Source: Thalia democratica (Eukaryota). From it: a DNA stretch of 64,000 bases. Location of the stretch: assembly GCA_965202585.1 (NCBI GenBank), contig OZ241827.1:51460001-51524000 (forward strand). The letters run 5' to 3'. Numbering within the stretch: the first letter of the stretch is position 1; each line of letters begins with the position of its first letter. The position numbers were made by a program, and so were the translations under genes. Of this stretch, positions 9,664 through 22,863 are shown one piece after another. The notes under the pieces are model-generated. The model worked only from the letters and a program-made list of their open reading frames with translations, was not told where the DNA came from and did no database searches.

Positions 9664-12304
9664 TGTCTCGTTACAGATATGTTATTAAGGGGGTAATAGG
9701 GATTAGTTAAGTAGATTAGTACAACAATCAAAACAACAGTTATATTTTATTTACATAAACTAAACAACACAAAGATACAATTACATCACTCTATACGAGA
9801 ACTAAAGTTAAACACACAAGAAAACATTAGTTCTTAAATCTAACGTGTTTAAAATGCATTTTAACTTAAAGCACACTTGCCGAAACTGCTACTGCACTGT
9901 AATTGCAAGTCAAATTCCGTTTTATAAGCACTAAAACAAATGTAACTCCTTTAAGTAAACAATATTGTTTATTGTTTTAGAAAATTGTTTTAAGAGTTAT
10001 AAAAATTGTTTTGCAAAAGCTTGTTTTGAGAATAATGAAAATTGTTTTTATTATTACAAAAAATTCCATATTTATTCACGAGCTTTAAAATATTAAAATG
10101 AGATGCTAATATCATTACATTGTTTCTTTTTAAATTTTCAATTTTAACGTTTAAAGCCTGGTAAAATTAATTAATTAAAAAATAATTAAAATCCTTAAAA
10201 TTCTACTTAACTTTAAACTTTTTAGACAGTATCAAAAGTCCGGTTTAAAAAAAGTAAGAAAAAGAAATTGTATCTCTTATTATCTTAAAAATTACATAAT
10301 TTACAAAATCTTAGATAAAACACAACATAAAGACAAAGTAAGTAACAATGATAGTCATTTAGTTGTCCTCCAGCTTCTTATCCTTGGGGTTCTTGTCCTT
10401 GTGCCTGTTGTCCTCGGGCTCGTCGTCGGGCTGTTATCCTCAGGTTGTTAATAGAGGCTTATGAACCATCAATTGGATCATTGACAACGTCTTGTTTCTT
10501 TTAGGAAACATTTGACTTTCTGTCTTCTAGCTGGTTTCTGAATCAGAAAAACATCACATCGATTGGCTTCGGAAACAATGACAGCAGGAATTTTGATCGT
10601 GACGTCATAGAATAAACACAAAATCTTCATTCAATCTTTTGTTTATTGTCGTACTTATAAACAACAAAACTTTTAAAGTTTCATGCAGTAGCAAGGTGTC
10701 AGGTGTGCTTAAAACTGTGGTTATCAAACGACAATTTGCTTCAAACAACGTTAAAAAGATACAAACGCAACAATTTATTTAACAAGCGACGACTGCTAAA
10801 TTCAAGGGGAGTTTATTTTTGATTTCTTTCAAAGGGAAAATTTTAACACAACTTTATACTTGAACTTGAAACGAGTAATAAAATGTGGCAAGAAACTTGC
10901 CATTTTACGACTAAGAAAGATGAAAACTCATTCAAACATATTTTTAAACTTCAGAAACATTCTAATTTAAAACAAATACAATCTATACTTTAATACAATC
11001 AATCAGCAGATCAAAACAATAAACTAGTAGTAGTAAACACATAGGAAAATTAGTTTTATCAGCTAAAACTCAGACGTTATTAATAAGAACAATTCTGCTG
11101 TTGTAATTCTAAATTTTAATGCGGTTCTTACTTCACATTTCTATGCTAAGAAAAATATAATAACTGCGCTCTTTTGGCAACTTATAAAATGCAATTTTGC
11201 ACTAAAATACTGCGTCCCCTGACGACTTATGCAAATTGCAACATCTTCAAAAAACATTGTGCACTAGAGTAAAAAGACAGTGCTTTTTATATCGAAATAC
11301 TGCGCCCCCATGCGACTTATGTTAGTTGCAACTTGTATTATACCCTCAGCTAAAAAGATTAAGCTTTTTAGGATCGAAATACTGCGCACCCATGCGACTT
11401 ATGTTAGTTGCAACATATATTGTGCACTAAGAAGAAGAAATATTATGCTTGTAAGCAAATAAACTGTGCATTTAAGCACTAAAAAAGCATATATAAAACT
11501 ATACATAGAAATAACCGCAAAAATTATACAGTACTTCTAGCAAAAAATCCTTGACATCAAGCTTTTCTTTTAACAAAACTAAATAAACCACTACCACACT
11601 TTTGTATTATAATTGTAGACTTGCTGTTTCAAAGTAGGAAGTTATTCACACAATTTTTCTTACTATTATCATAGTCAAATGTCGCAAAGTAAAGTATTAT
11701 TGCAAATTATACTGTCAAAATTTTAAACTCGTTAAAAAGTTGTTTAGTAATAAACTAAAGTTTTTTTTTCGCTGCGTTTTTTAATTGATAAGGCACCTAG
11801 TTCCTAAATATCAGAAGATTCCTAAAATACAGGCCACACATGGTTTCCAATGTCTCGATACAGACATTTTATTAAGGGGTAATAGGATTATTATAGTATA
11901 TTAATACAACAATCAAAACAACAGTTATATTTTATTTACATAAACTAAACAACACAAAGATACAATTACATCACTCTATACGAGAACTAAAGTTAAACAC
12001 ACAAGAAAACATTAGTTCTTAAATCTAACGTGTTTAAAATGCATTTTAACTTAAAGCACACTTGCCGAAACTGCTACTGCACTGTAATTGCAAGTCAAAT
12101 TCCGTTTTATAAGCACTAAAACAAATGTAACTCCTTTAAGTAAACAATATTGTTTATTGTTTTAGAAAATTGTTTTAAGAGTTATAAAAATTGTTTTGCA
12201 AAAGCTTGTTTTGAGAATAATGAAAATTGTTTTTATTATTACAAAAAATTCCATATTTATTCACGAGCTTTAAAATATTAAAATGAGATGCTAATATCAT
12301 TACA
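9664..12304 (-). mobile_element. Non-autonomous LTR retroelement (Gypsy-like 4-bp TSD), ~455-bp LTRs, ~1.7-kb non-coding interior
   Basis: Direct repeats 9664-10119 and 11851-12304 bounded by TG...CA; TSD AGAT at 9660-9663 and 12305-12308. On the - strand a TGG-initiated PBS-like sequence follows the 5' LTR and an A/G-rich tract precedes the 3' LTR. No gag/pol ORF. Confidence 0.88.
11197..11429. repeat. Three-copy ~40-bp repeat array inside the LTR element
   Basis: AAATACTGCG(N)CCC..CGACTTATG..TTGCAAC at ~11205, ~11294 and ~11377. Confidence 0.85.
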
Positions 12305-12444
12305 AGATTAATCTCTAAAAAAGCTAAAACCAAAACAGTATTTGTGTAGAGATATGAGTTTAATTTCGGATTTTAACTTGTTTAAAACAGAGAGACATAT
12401 GTTTGTTCTAAAAATAAAAAGTACTGTGCAAATTGATTTTATTA

Positions 12445-13030
12445 TGTATTCCAAATAAATTGCTTTGTCAGGATCTGTATTAACAAACTTTTAGCTTTAA
12501 GTTTTGAATATTTGTAGAAATATGTGTTGTTTCTTACTTCCTGTTGACCGAAAATCAGAGAGATTTGGACCAGAGTGAAAATGAATTTTGTCAGCAGCTG
12601 TCTCTCATCAATGACTTTACATAACTCTGTCATTCTAACTGTAAGCAGAAGCTCACGCTAGTAAGGCTTTTTTACAAAAATCTATCTTTCTCATCATGCC
12701 ATTCTTAAGATATTTAGAATTAATTATCTTTGCTCTAGTAGTCTAGAAAGTCTCTTGTATTTTTTTCACCTTTTGAAGCTTACCTCTTTCTCATCTTGTA
12801 GGCAAGCGGATTGACAGAATTTTTGATGGTTATTCTCATTGAGGTAACACTTAACTTTTATCTATTTGCCTTAAAGATTTCTCTAAATTCTTTTTTACTT
12901 TTTCTTGAACATTTTTTCATCATCTTATTTGATCAAGGAGTGTATGATCTTCAAGTCCTAGGATGGTCTTCAACTGTACTAATCTCCTTAAACATTTTCG
13001 CAAGACAGAAAACTTGAAATTTGGCTACGT
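12445..13030 (-). pseudogene. Decayed Tc1/mariner (DD37D/maT-like) transposase, 5' part
   Basis: - strand remnants FKEISTVEDHPRT*RSYTP, SMRITIK..LAYK, AYS*NDRV, LKAK..IQIL, with many stops and frameshifts. Confidence 0.65.
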
Positions 13031-14185
13031 TTTACAGCTTTATAATCTCTGAACTTGCTCTTCCCACATTAAACTATGACCTCTCTTTTATTCTATTGAA
13101 TTTATTTTTTGAAGATAATAAATCAAAAACTAAATGCTAATTTAGTTTTTGAGATTAAAGAGGAAAAAAAAAAGTTAACTTAATTTGAATTTTTATAAAG
13201 TCGAGACCTTATGATTTACCCTTTAAAAGAAATATACTTAAATTTTTAATTACATTTTTATTTAATATTTTTTTCAACCTAAAATATATTTTAAAAACTT
13301 AATGTACTGCACTCAAATCTGTCAAATGTACAGAGATTTATTTTGTTTTATTTAATTTAGTATATTATCAAAATTTGACTTCAGCATTAAGACTTAATCT
13401 GCCTAAACAGAAGATAAGCTCAAAAAAAAACAAAATTTAAAGTTTTGAAAAATTTATAAATGCAATCAAAAAATAACAATACTTTAGTACAACACAGTTA
13501 TTAAAGTGAAAATATATTTTTTTAATAACAATATTGTTTTAGATAAAAAATTAAACAAATGGCATAATATAAACGCTTTTATGAACAAAAAATGAACAAA
13601 AGCTTTTATCAGAAATTGCTGGTAAAATTACTCATAAAACCTGTCATAAGCACATTGAAAGCAAAAAAGTATTAAAAATATACATCTAAAAGAGGTTTAG
13701 CAGCCATAGAACCAGCGTATTTTCCTGTGAAAAAATTGTTTGCAGGTTAGAGTTATTTTAAACAATTTAAGCAATGAGTAAAGATATACTTCTTTAAATC
13801 AAAAATTTAATAAAAATAGCTATAATAAACACAAATAGCTACAAATATTCAGTTTAATTATATGTTTTTCAAACATTTTATTTAACATTTTTATAAAACT
13901 TTTGTTAGCTGTAAAGTACATTGCGGGCTGCAGTTTGCCAACCCCTGGTATAGAATAATAATGATATAATGTCAGAATTCCAAAAAGATTTGTTTGTTAT
14001 GATTTTTTAGTTCATGAAAACATTTTTGCAATTTAAAACTTCAGTTCAAAAAGAAGTTGAAAATTTGAAAAAGTAAAAAACATTAATAAATTGTTGCATA
14101 ATGTACTGGTATCAAAACAACCTTAACTATTTTTTAACTTAACTTACTATAAATCAAAGATGTATTAACTGATGTAATATTTCAG

Positions 14186-17052
14186 ACAAAAATGCAAAGA
14201 CCCATCAGTGTAACGTGTGCAATAAGTTTCACACTTCCAAGTTCAAGCTGAACTAACACATGCTGGTGCACGACCCAGGCAGGGCACAACAGTGCGAAAC
14301 TTGCGGTGAAGTATTTCTTTGGAGCGTGACCTGGTCAGACACATTCGCACCTACACATGGAAAAACCTTTCAAATGCTCTGTTTGTAAAATGTTTTAATT
14401 GCTTTTTTAGCTTTTGTTTTAAGTAATTATAAGTACTGATTTTTTTTTAAATAAAAGTTTTAATTGTTTTTGGTGTACTTTGTAAAATTTTCAGTAACTT
14501 TTTACATTTACAAGGTTGCCACAAAGTCAGGAAAAAAAAGACAGAAGTCAGGAAATTAGATGTAAACATGCTTATAAATAACAATGTTTATCATCACTAA
14601 AAGTTGTATTTTGCTAAAATTAATTTCTAATAAGTTTTTATTTTGCAATTCATCTTTTTTCAGGGCCTAATTGAACATTTGGAATAAATAAAAATACACT
14701 ATTGTCTTTATTTATTTTTTAGTCTTTGTTTAATTATTGTTGAATAGGTTTAAATTAAGAATTTTGATTTAGAAAAGTCAGGAATATTTTTTCAGCTCGA
14801 TATGTGGCAACCCTTTATTTAGCTCTATGTTCACATTTTATTCATAGTAAAATTAACTGTTATTTATTCAAAAATAAATCACAATCACAAGCTGTGGTTT
14901 TCTGTCCAGGAAATCTTTAAATTCAAACTAAACCTTTTTATCCAGGTATGTAATAAGGGTTATGCGTTGAAGAAAAACTGCAACAAACAGGAGCACACTC
15001 ATCTGAAGAATAGAAATTTTCAATGTACTGAATGCGGTAAATAAACTGTGAGTGCATGCTCTTCTTGTTCATAAGCCAAAAAAGTAAGTGATTGTTGTAA
15101 CAGGTATGTATTTATATACATAGTTTGTTTTTAATTGTACTTTAATGTGAAGTTTTTTTTTGAATAAAAATATTTAAAATTATATTTAGAGCAAAAAATT
15201 TTGTTTTAGTTATATTTATAAAAAGTCTATATTAAAACATGTAAAATCAATCGCTTTTTGAAGAGTATCAAACTGCCTGTTTTTCACTTGTTTAAACAAA
15301 AAAAAAAATTTAAATTAAACTTGAGATATTAATTTCTTTTCAAATTAGCTAGAGTATTTGAGTAGAATATTAAATATACTAAAAAAAATCTTTTTTTTTT
15401 TTTTGGACACTACTTATGTTTTAGTTAACTGTATGCTTGAAAAACTTTTTTCGTTTTGTTTTTTTAATATTTCTTTCCAAGAGTTAACTTTGTTTTTTGT
15501 AATGAAAGTTCGAATTAGTTTAAAAAAATCATAAAACTAAGTTTTTTTTTAACTTGTGGTAACTAAACTTTTTAACAAATAATAATTTTTTAGATTGATA
15601 ATCTAATGAATGTTGAAAATTATTCATTTATATATCAACAATTATCGTTTTAAAAGTATTCATTTTATAAATCAACGAAAGATTTATTTAAATTTTTAAT
15701 TTTTTATGCCTGATTAACCTATTTTAATTCATTAGGCTTGATAAATACAATAAAAACCTTAGTCAGTATATAAGAAAAAAAAAATTTAATTAAGTTAGTT
15801 TTATAAGAGTTTGTTTTTAACTAATTGAAGAATTTCAGACCTGGATACGTTCATTGATTGTCTTTTTTTTTTAATAATGTTTACAATCTTCAATTAACTC
15901 AGTCTAGTTTTGAAATTCAAAGCTTTTTAGACCATCTTAGGCTTGGTTAACTTTTTTTACCTCAGCTAGTTTTTATTTAATCAATAAAGTTAATATATTT
16001 TTATTAAATAAAGTTTTTTAATAAACTTGTCTAGATTAAAAATTAAACTAAAACATAAAACAGTTTAAGTTAGTATTTGAAAAATGTTTTGGTTGTAGTT
16101 TATGTACTATAACAGCTCCTTGGTAAAATATTATTTTACATACTTTAACCATTTAAAATTTCCCTCAAAAAATAACTTTAAATTATCACTTAATTTCCAT
16201 ATTGTCAAAAAGTTACCTAACTTTTTGATCAAAATAATTTGGTTATTTTTTTTATAAAATAAGTAAATCATATAATAATCATCAAAATAAGTAATTTGAC
16301 TGTTTTTTTTTTCAATATTATTATTTTAATTCAGCATTTGTAATTAAGTTATAAAAAAGTTTCATTATTTGAAATCTTTAAAAACAATAAACATTCAGTT
16401 TAAACTTAAATTATTTTTCTAATCATATCAATTCATTTATATTCTATTAGTATTAAAGTTATAATTTCTTACTGATCTGTGAACAATGAATATTCTCTCA
16501 ATCTATATGTAAATACTACATATGAGCAATGATCAATAATGTTTAAATAGTTTTGATTTCATAATCTTACAAACTCTAAACAAAATTGGTTTAACTGAAA
16601 AATATTCTTACGGTATATTTAAGCTTTAATTTGTATGTTTAAGTTTTTACTTAACTACATAATATTTTTTATTTACTTTTGTGTTTTTAAATTTTTTATT
16701 CAGTGTAACCGTTATTTAGAAATATATGTTCTGTATTTTTAGACCCTTAATTTGTGCAATGCTATTTTATCATATAAAACTAGTAACTAAAGTTGTTCAT
16801 TCATGTAAAGTCAAAGTGATAAATAAATCGAAACAACTGAAGTTATTCAAGTAATTTAATAATTGATAAAATGTTTTGTTAAATAAATGTATGTTATGGT
16901 AAAAATTCATTTTTTTATTTTGATGTAAATCACTAACAAATAAATTAACATCTAATCTAGATATAATATTTTTCAGTCATAAGTGTAGACATTGTGGCAA
17001 AGGGTTTTCATTGCCATATAGATTGAAGCATGAAAAAACACACGAAAATTAA
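14186..17052 (+). pseudogene. Intron-containing C2H2 zinc-finger pseudogene fragment (exons ~14186-14398, 14946-15036, 16977-17052)
   Basis: HQCNVCNK...KLN*HMLVH (TAA at 14254), QCETCGEVF../LERDLVRHIRT../MEKPFKCSVC (two frameshifts), VCNKGY...QEHTH..FQCTECG, HKCRHCGKGFSLPYRLKHEKTH*; AG acceptors in front of each block. Confidence 0.8.
14511..14815. mobile_element. hAT-like MITE in an intron of the zinc-finger pseudogene
   Basis: CAAGGTTGCCACA ... TGTGGCAACCCT termini; subterminal AAGTCAGGAA repeated three times. Confidence 0.6.
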
Positions 17053-19715
17053 ACTTAAAGAAGTAGCTTGGAAACAGTTTTTAGAAAAAAACAATTCTAG
17101 CTAAATTTTTTTATATAATAACAGTCATATCTTATTTTTTATGTTTGAAATTTATTTTGCTGCCTTATCACTTGACTGCGTAAAACCTCAAAAGTAGGTT
17201 TTTTAAGGAAAACTATCAGTTTTATAAGTTTTTTTTTTTCTGAATAAAGTATATCATATTCTATAAAGTAGTTTTTTTTTAATTATTTGCTACTATATTT
17301 AGTTCTGCTACCTTTGAAATTTTTAACATCACTTTTAACAATGTTTTTAAATTTAAAAATAGGCTGTACTACTTTCATATAGGTTGCTTCAATTTGTATA
17401 TTTTGTTGGTATTAAGTTTAGAATATTTTCAATACTTTTAGTAGCTGTTATTTGGTTTTTATCAATTTTATAATGTTGCGCTAAAAGCCAAAAATAATAT
17501 TATTTTTTTCAATTATAAAAAAAAAAAATTATTCAAACGTTTTTTCAAATTAAGGTTCGGGCTAAAAAGGATTTAGTTAATTAAAAGTTGGAAAATAATT
17601 ATTGTAAGTTTAGATTTTAAACTAAATTTTTTAATCTTTTATCACCTATTATAGGGGTAGAAAGTTTTTTTAGTAAATAGACCAAATATACTTAAACAGC
17701 CTTTTTAGGGCCAGACACATTAGATATTAAGTCTCAGCGGGAGGCGTATGTTTTAAAAATTGCTTAATAACTTTTTTTAATCTTTAAATGAATGTTTGTA
17801 TTTAGTACTTATTTTTAAGTACTGCTGTATAAGTAAAACAATAGCACATTTGTTGTACAAAAACTCATTTTTATTTTCGAAGTTAAAGTTACGTATTACG
17901 CCAGAAATCTCTGCTTGGCAGACAAGATCTAGCTTGCAAGTCTTACGTTGCCCGTCTCTAACCTGTGATTTTGTTCAAGCTAATAACTAAGTTATCTAAA
18001 CGATTTCTAGAAAATTAAACTATTTTTGTTCAATCACCTTTTCTTTAGTTAGGGGTAGATTACATAAGGTTTGCAGGTAGAATCCAGCCGGTGACTAATT
18101 AATGATAATATCTCATTGTAGTGAACAAAAAGATATTCGAATAGAAATTTAGAAGGTTGACATAAATTAAGCTGAGGTGCTAGATTGGCTTAAAGTGTTT
18201 CTTGCACCAGACAATATTCATGAATGACTAGCTAAAATATTTTTACTAAACAAATTTCCACGGGCATGCCGACTTTCTGCAATTAATAAACATTATTCAC
18301 TTTTTATATTCATCTTGTGTTTTTTGCTGCTATTATTAGAGCTCTCTTCTTAGACATAACCAACTTTCTTAAATTATACAAGCAGAATGTCCCGCAGAAA
18401 TCTTTGTCAAAAATATTTTGTTATGTAAAAAATGCTGCAGGTTTGGTCCACCCAAGCAAAAAGGTTGAAAAAAAGTATACATTGATAAATTTGTTTGGAA
18501 TTTAAAAACATTGAAAGCTGAATAAATAAAAAAAGTTCGGTGTGCCTTGAATTAAAAAAGTAAAACTACTATAAATCCAGCATTCAAGATCCTTTTTTAT
18601 TAATTTTATTAAAATTTCTGTTACTTATGTAGCAACGAGAAAATGATTATAAATTTTTAGAAGCCTATAATATACCAGTTTTTTTAAAGGGCCTTTAATG
18701 TGGATTTACTTAAGCTCGATGATTTACTTGTGTCTTTTCAAGGAGGAACTCTTGTTGCAAATTTAGCTTAGTTGTTTATAAAATATTAGTATTTTGTTAA
18801 ACATAAAAAATAACTATTTTTTTAAATGAAGATTCGGATTCATTTTAAAAATCAAGATCTGGCCGGACTTGCATATTATCAAAATGGGCAGTATTCTAGA
18901 CCCGGTAGTTTATTAAATTATCTACTTTTATCAGTATTGTTAAATGTTTTATATCATTACTTTGCACAAGCTTTATAAATTCATGATTGGCTTAAGAAAG
19001 TTTCTTGCATTAGTTGTCTAGAGCTGTGACAATTTAAGTATGTTGTATACACGGCTATAAACTAAACGACAAAAGTAATGGTAGCATATTAACAACATAT
19101 TAATTTTAATAGTTTTTTATTTAAGTATTGTTTCAAAAAAAAATTATTTCTAATAAACAGATTGAACAAAACAACTAAAAGCTTGAAAACAACACTAATA
19201 ACAAGTCTAAAACTTGAGCCTTAGTACGGACCCATAACTTGTTTTAAAAAAATAAATCTATTGTATCCAAGGATTTTTATTTTAAGAAAATAGCTGATGT
19301 ATAGCTACTGTCAATCCGAATTGTACCTAGATATAATATCATTAAGTATTTTTTTGCAACACATCTTTTTTTTATTTGTCTACATCTTATTGTGAAGTAC
19401 AAGCTTTTCAACTATGACAATAAACTTATTAACTCTCGAAAAAATAGTTTAACACTTTATACCAATCAATTAATAATAATTAAAAAGCAAGTTTATGCTT
19501 TAGTGATTTTAGAAGCAAATTTTATGTTCAGGGTCAATTTAGATTATAAATTGAAAAACTTTTTCGAATGCTTATTTGTAAATAATTATTTTTTAAATGG
19601 ATTTATATAAGTTAATTAGTATATCTTTAACTTCTTTAAGTTAAAACGTGTTTGGATTTTCTAATAATTATAGAAAACTAGCTTTAGAATGTTATTTTAG
19701 ATAAGACTGTCTTAA

Positions 19716-20033
19716 CGACGGTTATTATCATTTCTTACTTTTATTATTTCTAACTTGCGTTCATTTCAAGCTTTTTCTAGTTTTAGATTTAATATTAAGT
19801 AGAAATTTTCTGATTTGATTCTAACCTCATATTTCGAAAATAAATTAGAAACGTTTGAAGTTTAACGTTAGTTAGACGTTTAACGTTAGTTAGAAATAGC
19901 TTATTTATAAAGAAATTGAGGTAAAAAAAATTAATTTGGAAACAAATCGAGTTAGAACTGTAAAATACAGACAAGTAAAAGTTTGAAACGATCGTCGGTT
20001 AGAAATAAAAAAGTTAGAAACGATCGGCTACCC
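19716..20033. mobile_element. Degenerate MITE flanked by TTAA
   Basis: ~50-bp degenerate TIR (right end GTTAGAAACGATCGGCTACCC), GTTAGAA repeats, TTAA at 19712-19715 and 20034-20037; internal 17-bp tandem duplication GTTTAACGTTAGTTAGA. Confidence 0.45.
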
Positions 20034-22373
20034 TTAAAAACAGCTGTCAATTTTTGATCAGCAGAAATTGTTACTATGTGTCATAAACATTTTGTAAATT
20101 TATCCTGAAGTTATACAGTAAAAACCTCTAATAACCTCTGTTAAACGAAGCCTTTACAATATCTAATTAAGCAGTTAAATACTATTTAACTTTGTTTTTA
20201 ATGAAATGGTTTATTTACTTTTAATTATTTAAATACAAAGCCATTTAGAAATAAGCTGACCTATAAAAACAAAAATCGCGATTTTAAAATTACATATTTC
20301 CTTTAATAGGGTTTGGCAACTTTTCTAATCAGTAAGTTAGAATTACCGGAAAAGGTAATTCTTTGACGGACTATAAAAAAACTCTTATTAGGCCGTTCAA
20401 CTTTTTTAAATGGTCTTGTAAAAATAAAAAAATAATGAAACGCAATATTTAATAAAATAATTGTCTATCAAACACTACTGTGTACTACAAGTGAAATGAT
20501 GTGCATAACACACTTCAAAACATTTTTGTCTTATTTATTTAAATTGCACAAGATACTTTAAACAAAAAAAATGTTGCGAATTATTTTGTGGCAAGCTGCC
20601 CGTTGCCCATCCTACAACGTATTAGCTTTCTCTACTGAGCATTAGTGGCTCGAAAGATGTTTAGTTAATCAACTTTTACTTGAGATTAATATGTTTTCCT
20701 ACTAATTATTTATTACAGTTTTGATAAACAACTGATAACTAAGCTTCTCTAAATTTAATAAAGTATATAAAAAGCGCTTGTTGTTTATACTTGGTCCTTA
20801 AAGAACATAACAAATTTAAGCAAAGTTATTTAGAATAGATAAAGTGCTTCCAACATATAGTTATGAGTTAGTTAGCTAGTTAAGTGATACTTAATATTAA
20901 CCTAAACATATGATTAAATAACGTTTAAAATTACTAATATCAACATATAGCTAATATAAGAGAGAAAATTTAATACAAAAACTTTTTATAACTTTTGTTA
21001 AAATTTTATTTTACGCTAAAAATTAGATCTAAATAATATAAATCTAAACTAAAGTTAAATAATATAAAAGGTTCAACAATATGTTAAAGTTTAATACTTT
21101 TTTTTTAACTTCTTTCTTATTTCAAAAAAAAAACATGTAACTTTTATTTACAGTCTACACTACAATTAGTTTTTCAACCTTTGTTTTTCAATGCATTCAC
21201 TAGTAAACCAGGATACATATGAAAAACGTTAAATAATCGAAATGAAATACTTTACAAACAAAAAATACGTATGAATTTTTATTAGTAGTTAAAAAACACT
21301 TTTCGTATAAAATAGTTTTTATTAAAAAATAATTTTTCAACTATTGTTATATTACTAGTTCTTATAGATTTTTTATTTTATTTAAGTATTAGCTTTCATC
21401 TGCGTTACTTAGTGTTTAAGTTTTTTAAAGTTAATAACTTTAAATGTGTTTATTTTTTAATAAATTGACGACAACTAAGCTCTGTTTTAACTAAGAAAAT
21501 ACATGATTTTTTATTTAAATATCATGATATTCTCTTATTTATGATTGATTTTAAATCAAAGATCTTAACAACTTAACTTGTTCACTGATTTTCCTAATTT
21601 TACTTGGATTATACTTTATTGATTCTTTAACATATTTTATTAGTATAATATTTTTTAATATCAACTTTGTCTAAAACCAGTATTTTTATCTTCTTTTTTT
21701 TTTGACAAAATCTACACACTTAATACAGTAAATTTGTTAAACTGTTTCTAAAAATGCTTTTATTATTGAAGCATTTAAGAATAATTAAAAACTTAAATAC
21801 TTCTTATTCTTTTTTATTTTTGAAACACTACTAAGACTATTTAGCTTTATCTAGACTTTTATTTTTAGTATAAAGTTTAGAGGTTGGTTTTTGTCATAAG
21901 TTATTACTAAAAAATAGTGTCATAGTATTCAATCTCTATTCATAACACTTATAACTGTACCAGCCTAACCAAGTGGTTGTGATCTCTCTACCTACACCGT
22001 AAATCAGTGGTGCACGAAGGTTTTTTTGTGGTGCACGAAAATTTTAGGGTTCAGAAAATTCATTTTTAAACGTACACTAGATATTATGGAGCTCGTGGTG
22101 AAGAGAAAAAAAAAACGGTCTTACGGGAAACTCGAAACTGATAACAGATACTCTCGGGTTTGAAATAAGTAAAAAGAATGACAGTTTTAAGCTTGGGGTG
22201 TACAGACATTTTTTTTTAGTTTAGTGCCACAGATTTCAATTACCGTAAAGACCAATGCCCTAAACCACTGAAATAAAGTTGTTGACTACCAGTACTTCAT
22301 TTTATTACTAAAAGTGCTATCTAACAAAAAACTATTTAAACTATGAAAATATTTTATAATATAATTATTTTAC

Positions 22374-22863
22374 TACTATTTAAACTTTTCCATTAATAAT
22401 AAAAAAATTTTTGTGATCAGAGAAAAACTTTTCTGCATATATGCGCATTTATGCCAGTGGACAAAAAAAGTTCTTGAAGTGTTAAAAAAGTTACAAATAA
22501 AGAATAAAACTTCTTAAAATTTTGCTTAATTGTGTAAACAATGTTTTTTGCTCATAAGTTATCATTAAACTTCAATTTTACTTAACTTTATTACCACTAA
22601 ACTGTTTCTTTTTTCCATGATCATTTGGTTTTAAAAAATAGTATAAGAAGATGGCCTTTAAAAAACATGTTCCTTATTTATTTAATTAAACATTATTTGA
22701 CACTAAAATAAATTCTTTCAAACAATATAAATAACACTCAATTTTTCAGAACAAAATATATTTCATGCTTCTTTCGTCAGTTGTATACGAAAAGCGCATA
22801 TATGCAGAAAAGTTTTTTCTGATCACATAAAATTTTATTAGTAATGAAAAAATTTACATAGTA
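22374..22863. mobile_element. Putative MITE with ~70-bp TIRs
   Basis: 22374-22446 is an inverted copy (roughly 85% identical by eye) of 22793-22863, with core TGTGATCAGA..AAAACTTTTCTGCATATATGCGC. Confidence 0.45.

Noticed and set aside
11219-11225. CTGACGA hammerhead-like core in the LTR element (retrozyme idea); also CTGATGA at 1604 and 53697 and CTGACGA at 22869
   Set aside because: None is followed by a pairable stem II plus GAAA and a helix III.
11197-11429. CRISPR-like repeat/spacer appearance
   Set aside because: Eukaryotic context, only three degenerate copies, spacers share motifs, no cas genes; it lies inside an LTR element.
18688-18780. RAFNVDLLK, resembling the GDFN motif of a CR1/L2 endonuclease
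   Set aside because: Too short, catalytic residues do not match, and no supporting flanking motifs were found.
22005-22270. CAGTGGT...ACCACTG possible hAT MITE
   Set aside because: Only 7 bp of terminal complementarity and no TSD.
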